Source of the DNA: Eledone cirrhosa
Taxonomy: Eukaryota
Length of the DNA stretch: 64,000 nucleotides
Assembly: GCA_964016885.1 (NCBI GenBank)
Contig: OZ024744.1
Coordinates: forward strand, 124,248,001 to 124,312,000
Direction: 5' to 3'
Part shown: positions 59,723 through 64,000 of the stretch, piece after piece
Layout of the letters: every line of letters starts with the position of its first letter
How positions within the stretch are numbered: the first letter of the stretch is position 1
The notes under the pieces: model-generated
Told to the model about the DNA's origin: nothing
Database searches by the model: none
What the model saw: the letters and a program-made list of their open reading frames with translations, nothing else
Translations under genes and position numbers: made by a program

Positions 59723-62700
59723 CACATGACTGGTAGGACAATAGTATGTAATAACTTGTCCATCCCATGACAGGTAGGACAATAGTCTGTAATAACTTGT
59801 CCAACCCATGACAGCTAGGACAATACTCAGTAATAACTTGCCCAACCCATGTATGTAGGACAATAGTCTGTAATAACTTGTCCAACCCATGACAGGTAGG
59901 ACAATAGTCTATAATAACTTGTCCATCCCATGACAGGTAGGACAATAGTCTGTAATAACTTGTCCAACCCATGACAGCTAGGACAATAGTCTGTAATAAC
60001 TTGTCCAACCCATGACAGGTAGGACAATAGTCTTTATTAACTTGTCGAACCCATGTATGTAGGACAATAGTCTGTAATAACTTGTCCAACCCATGAAAGG
60101 TAGGTCAATAGTCTGTAATAACTTGTCCAACCCATGTATGTAGGACAATAGTCTGTAATAACTTGTCCAACCCATGTATGTAGGACAATAGTCTGTAATA
60201 ACTTGTCCAACCCATGTATGTAGGACAATAGTCTGTAATAACTTGTCCAAACCATGACAGGTAGGACAATAGTCTGTAATAACTTGTCTAACCCATGACA
60301 GGTAGGACAATAGTCTGTAATAATTTGTCCAACCCATGTATGTAGGACAATAGTCTGTAATAACTTGTCCAACCCATGAAAGGTAGGTCAATAGTCTGTA
60401 ATAACTTGTCCAACCCATGTATGTAGGACAATAGTCTGTAATAACTTGTCCAACCCATGTATGTAGGACAATAGTCTGTAATAACTTGTCCAACCCATGT
60501 ATGTAGGACAATAGTCTGTAATAACTTGTCCAAACCATGACAGGTAGGACAATAGTCTGTAATAACTTGTCCAACCCATGACAGGTAGGTCAATAGTCTG
60601 AAATAACTTGTCCAACCCATGACAGGTAGGACAATAGTCTGTAATAACTTGTCCAACCCATGACAGGTAAGACAATATTCTGTAATAACTTGTCCAACCC
60701 ATGTATGTAAGACAATAGTGTGTAATAACTTGTCCAACCCAATTCAGGTAGGACAATAGTCTAATAACTTGTCCAACTAATGATAGGTAGGACAATAGTC
60801 TGTAATAACTTGTCCAACCCATGTATTTAGGACAATAGTCTGTAATAACTTGTCCAAGCCATGACAGGTAGGACAATAGTCTGTAATAACTTGTCCAACA
60901 CATGACAGGTAGGACAATAGTCTGTAATAACTTGTCCATCCCATGACAGGTAGGACAATAGTCTGTAATAACTTGTCCAACCCATGACAGCTAGGACAAT
61001 ACTCTGTAATAACTTGCCCAACCCATGTATGTAGGATAATAGTCTGTAATAACTTGTCCAACCCATGTATGTAGGACAATAGTCTGTAATAATAATTTGT
61101 CCAACCCGTGTATGTAGGACAATAGTCTGTAATAACTTGTCCAACCCATGAAAGGTAGGTCAATAGTCTGTAATAACTTGTCCAACCCATGCTATGTAGG
61201 ACAATATTCTGTAATAACTTGTCCAACCCATGACATGTAGGACAATAGTCTGTAATAACTTGTCCAACCAATGACAGGTAGGAGAACAGTCTGTAATAAC
61301 TTCTCCAACCCATTACAGGTAGGACAATAGTCTGTAATACCTTGTCCAACCAATGACAGGTAGGACAATAGTTCTTAATAACTTGTCCAACCCATGTATG
61401 TAGGACAATAGTCTGTAATAACTTGTCCAAACAATGACAGGTAGGACAATAGTCTGTAATAACTTGTCCAACCCATGACAGGTAGGACAATAGTCTGTAA
61501 TAACTTGTCCAACCCATGACAGGTAGGACAATAGTCTGTAATAACTTGTCCAACCCATGACAGCTAGGACAATAGTCTTTAATAACTTGTCCAACCCATG
61601 ACAGGTAGGGCAATAGTCTGTAATAACTTGTCTAACCCATGACAGGTAGGACAATAGTCTGTAATAACTTGTCCAACCCATGTATGTAGGACAATAGTCT
61701 GTAATAACTTGTCCAACCCATGACAGGTAGGACAATAGTCTGTAATAACTTGTCTAACCCATGTATGTAGGACAATAGTCTGTAATAACTTGTCCAACCC
61801 ATGTATGTAGGACAATAGTCTGTAATAACTTGTCCATCCCATGACAGGTAGGACAATAGTCTGTAATAACTTGTCCAACCCATGACAGCTAGGACAATAG
61901 TCTGTAATAACTTGTCCAACCCATGACAGGTAGGACAATAGTCTTTATTAACTTGTCGAACCCATGTATGTAGGACAATAGTCTGTAATAAATTGTCCAA
62001 CCCATGACAGGTAGGACAATAGTCTGTAATAACTTGTCCAACCCATGACAGGTAGGACAATAATCTGTAATAACTTGTCTAACCCATGACAGGTAGGACA
62101 ATAGTCTGTAATAACTTGTCCAACCCATGTATGTAGGACAATAGTCTGTAATAACTTGTCCAACCCATGTATGTAGGACAATAGTCTGTAATAATAATTT
62201 GTCCAACCCATGTATGTAGGACAATAGTCTGTAATAACTTGTCCAACCCATGAAAGGTAGGTCAATAGTCTGTAATAACTTGTCCAACCCATGTATGTAG
62301 GACAATAGTCTGTAATAACTTGTCCAACCCATGGCATGTAGGACAATAGTCTGTAATAACTTGTCCAACCCATGACAGGTAGGACAATAGTCGGTAATAC
62401 CTTGTCCAACCAATGACAGGTAGGACAATAGTCTGTAATAACTTGGCCAACCCATGTATGTAGGACAATAGTCTGTAATAACTTGTCCAACCCATGTATG
62501 TAGGACAATAGTCTGTAATAACTAGTCCAAACCATGACAGGTAGGACAATAGTCTGTAATAACTTGTCCAACCCATGACAGGTAGGACAATAGTCTGTAA
62601 TAACTTGTCCAACCCATGTATGTAGGACAATAGTCTGTAATAACTTGTCCAACCCATGACAGGTAGGACAATAGTGTGTAATAACTTGTCCAACCCATGA

Positions 62701-64000
62701 CAGGTAGGACAATAGTCTGTAATAACTTGTCCAACCCATGTATGCAGGACAATAGTCTGTAATAACTTGTCCAACCCATGTATGTAGGTCAATAGCCTGT
62801 AATAACTTGTCCAATCCATGACAGGTAGGACAATAGTCTGTAATAACTTGTCCAACCCATGACAAGTAGGACAATAGTCTGTAATAACTTGTCCAACCCA
62901 TGTATGTAGGACAATAGTCTGTAATAACTTGTCCAACCGATGTATGTACGACAATAGTCTGTAATAACTTGCCTAACCCATGTATGTAGGACAATAGTCT
63001 GTAATAACTTGTCCAACCCATGTATGTAGGACAATAGTCTATAATAACTTTTCCAACCCATGTATGTAGGACAATAGTCTGTAATAACTTGTCCAACCCA
63101 TGACAGGTAGGACAATAGTCTGTAATACCTCGTCCAACCCATGACAGGTAGGACAATAGTCTGTAATAACTTGTCCAACCCATGACAGGTAGGACAATAG
63201 TCTGTAATAACTTGTCCAACCCATGTATGTAGGACAATAGTCTGTAATAACTTGTCCAACCCATGACAGGTAGGACAATAGTCTGTAATAACTTGTCCAA
63301 CCCATGCATGTAGGACAATAGTCTGTAATAACTTGTCCAACACATGTATGTAGGACAATAGTCTGTAATAACTTGTCCAACCCATGACAGCTAGGACAAT
63401 AGTCTGTAATAACTTGTCCAACCCATGACATATAGGACAATAGTCTGTAATAACTTGTCCAACCCATGCCAGGTAGGACAATAGTCTGTAATAACTTGTC
63501 CAACCCATGACAGGTAGGACAATAGTCTGTAATAACTTGTCCAACCCATGTATGTAGGACAATAGTCTGTAATAACTTGTCCAACCCATGACAGATAGGA
63601 CAATAGTCTGTAATAACTTTTCTAACCCATGTATGTAGGACAATAGTCTGTAATAACTTGTCCAACCCATGTATGTAGGACAATAGTCTATAATAACTTG
63701 TCCAACCCATGTATGTAGGACAATTGTCTGTAATAACTTGTCCAACCCATGACAGGTAGGACAATAGTCTGTAATACCTCGTCCAACCCATGACAGGTAG
63801 GACAATAGTCTGTAATAACTTGTCCAAGCCATGACAGGTAGGACAATAGTCTGTAATAACTTGTCCAACACATGACTGGTAGGACAATAGTCTGTAATAA
63901 CTTGTCCATCCCATGACAGGTAGGACAATAGTCTGTAATAACTTGTCCAACCCATGACAGCTAGGACAATACTCTGTAATAACTTGCCCAACCCATGTAT

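Larger units (their letters stand above)
46520..61830 (+). repeat. Three related blocks beginning near 46.5, 52.8 and 60.65 kb (offsets 6293 and 7842 bp)
   Basis: ORF starts 46642/52935/60777, 46692/52985/60827, 47178/53471/61313; private variants CATGCTATG, TAGTTCTTAATAAC, CAACTAATG. Confidence 0.8.
1..64000 (+). repeat. Tandem satellite array of interleaved 41-bp (ACAG+core) and 40-bp (TAT+core) monomers; core GTAGGACAATAGTCTGTAATAACTTGTCCAACCCATG; reaches both window edges
   Basis: The core recurs head-to-tail every 40-41 bp from the first to the last line, always in the same orientation, with scattered substitutions and a few 1-3 bp indels. No unique sequence was seen. Confidence 0.99.

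Noticed and set aside
291-62530. Mirror-image arm variants (GGGCAA/TTGCCC, AGACAA/TTGTCT, GGATAA/TTATCC, CGACAA/TTGTCG, GGACGA/TCGTCC, GGACTA/TAGTCC)
   Set aside because: I did not see them paired in the same monomer, and with only 18 possible single substitutions per 6-bp arm such matches are expected by chance.
84-63991. Hundreds of overlapping minus-strand ORFs, up to 873 aa (46642-49263), 811 aa (55668-58103) and 726 aa (1040-3220)
   Set aside because: They overlap in all three frames and consist only of translated satellite monomers. Monomer lengths of 40/41 are not multiples of 3, and stop and frameshift variants are propagated. No recognisable domain is present, so none is called as CDS.
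1-64000. CRISPR-like appearance: a 32-37 bp palindromic repeat starting GT and containing ...CAAC
   Set aside because: The intervening sequence is only 3-4 nt and essentially binary (ACAG/TAT). There are no unique spacers, leader or cas genes, and variation follows duplication history.
1-64000. CxxC-H motif (YCPTCH), resembling a c-type heme-binding CxxCH multiheme cytochrome
   Set aside because: It is one frame of the type A monomer, appears in all frames along the array, and has no signal peptide or non-repeat protein context.
1-64000. Absence of CpG from the consensus as a sign of methylation-driven decay
   Set aside because: A 41-bp, roughly 40% GC unit lacks CpG easily by chance, and several CpG-creating variants (TCGAAC, GTCGG, TACCTCG, TACGTA) persist in many copies.
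1-64000. Telomeric repeat, intrinsic terminators, or tRNA/rRNA/ncRNA genes
   Set aside because: There is no short G-rich telomere unit, the hairpins lack U-tracts and gene context, and no sequence departs from the satellite consensus.

Overview
The whole 64 kb window is one uninterrupted, single-orientation tandem satellite/minisatellite array of roughly 1,550-1,600 monomers at about 40% GC. It is built from two interleaved monomer types sharing a 37-bp core, GTAGGACAATAGTCTGTAATAACTTGTCCAACCCATG: type A has the prefix ACAG (41 bp) and type B the prefix TAT (40 bp). I see no real genes, RNA genes, transposon insertions, inversions or CRISPR spacers. All listed ORFs are on the minus strand and arise because the reverse complement of the consensus has no stop triplet. 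The informative structure is (i) a quasi-palindrome in every monomer (GGTAGGACAA/TTGTCCAACC), with one variant lineage carrying a compensatory double change (GGAGAA/TTCTCC); (ii) nested higher-order repeats readable from diagnostic variant monomers (a ~2.68 kb ~66-mer cycle, a 648-bp 16-mer, a 1663-bp 41-mer, and kb-scale block duplications); and (iii) a layered architecture in which the two ends share private variants absent from the recently amplified middle. A eukaryotic heterochromatic or centromere-like satellite is the most likely identity, but this is inference and the taxon cannot be determined. Block boundaries were read by eye and are approximate to about one monomer.
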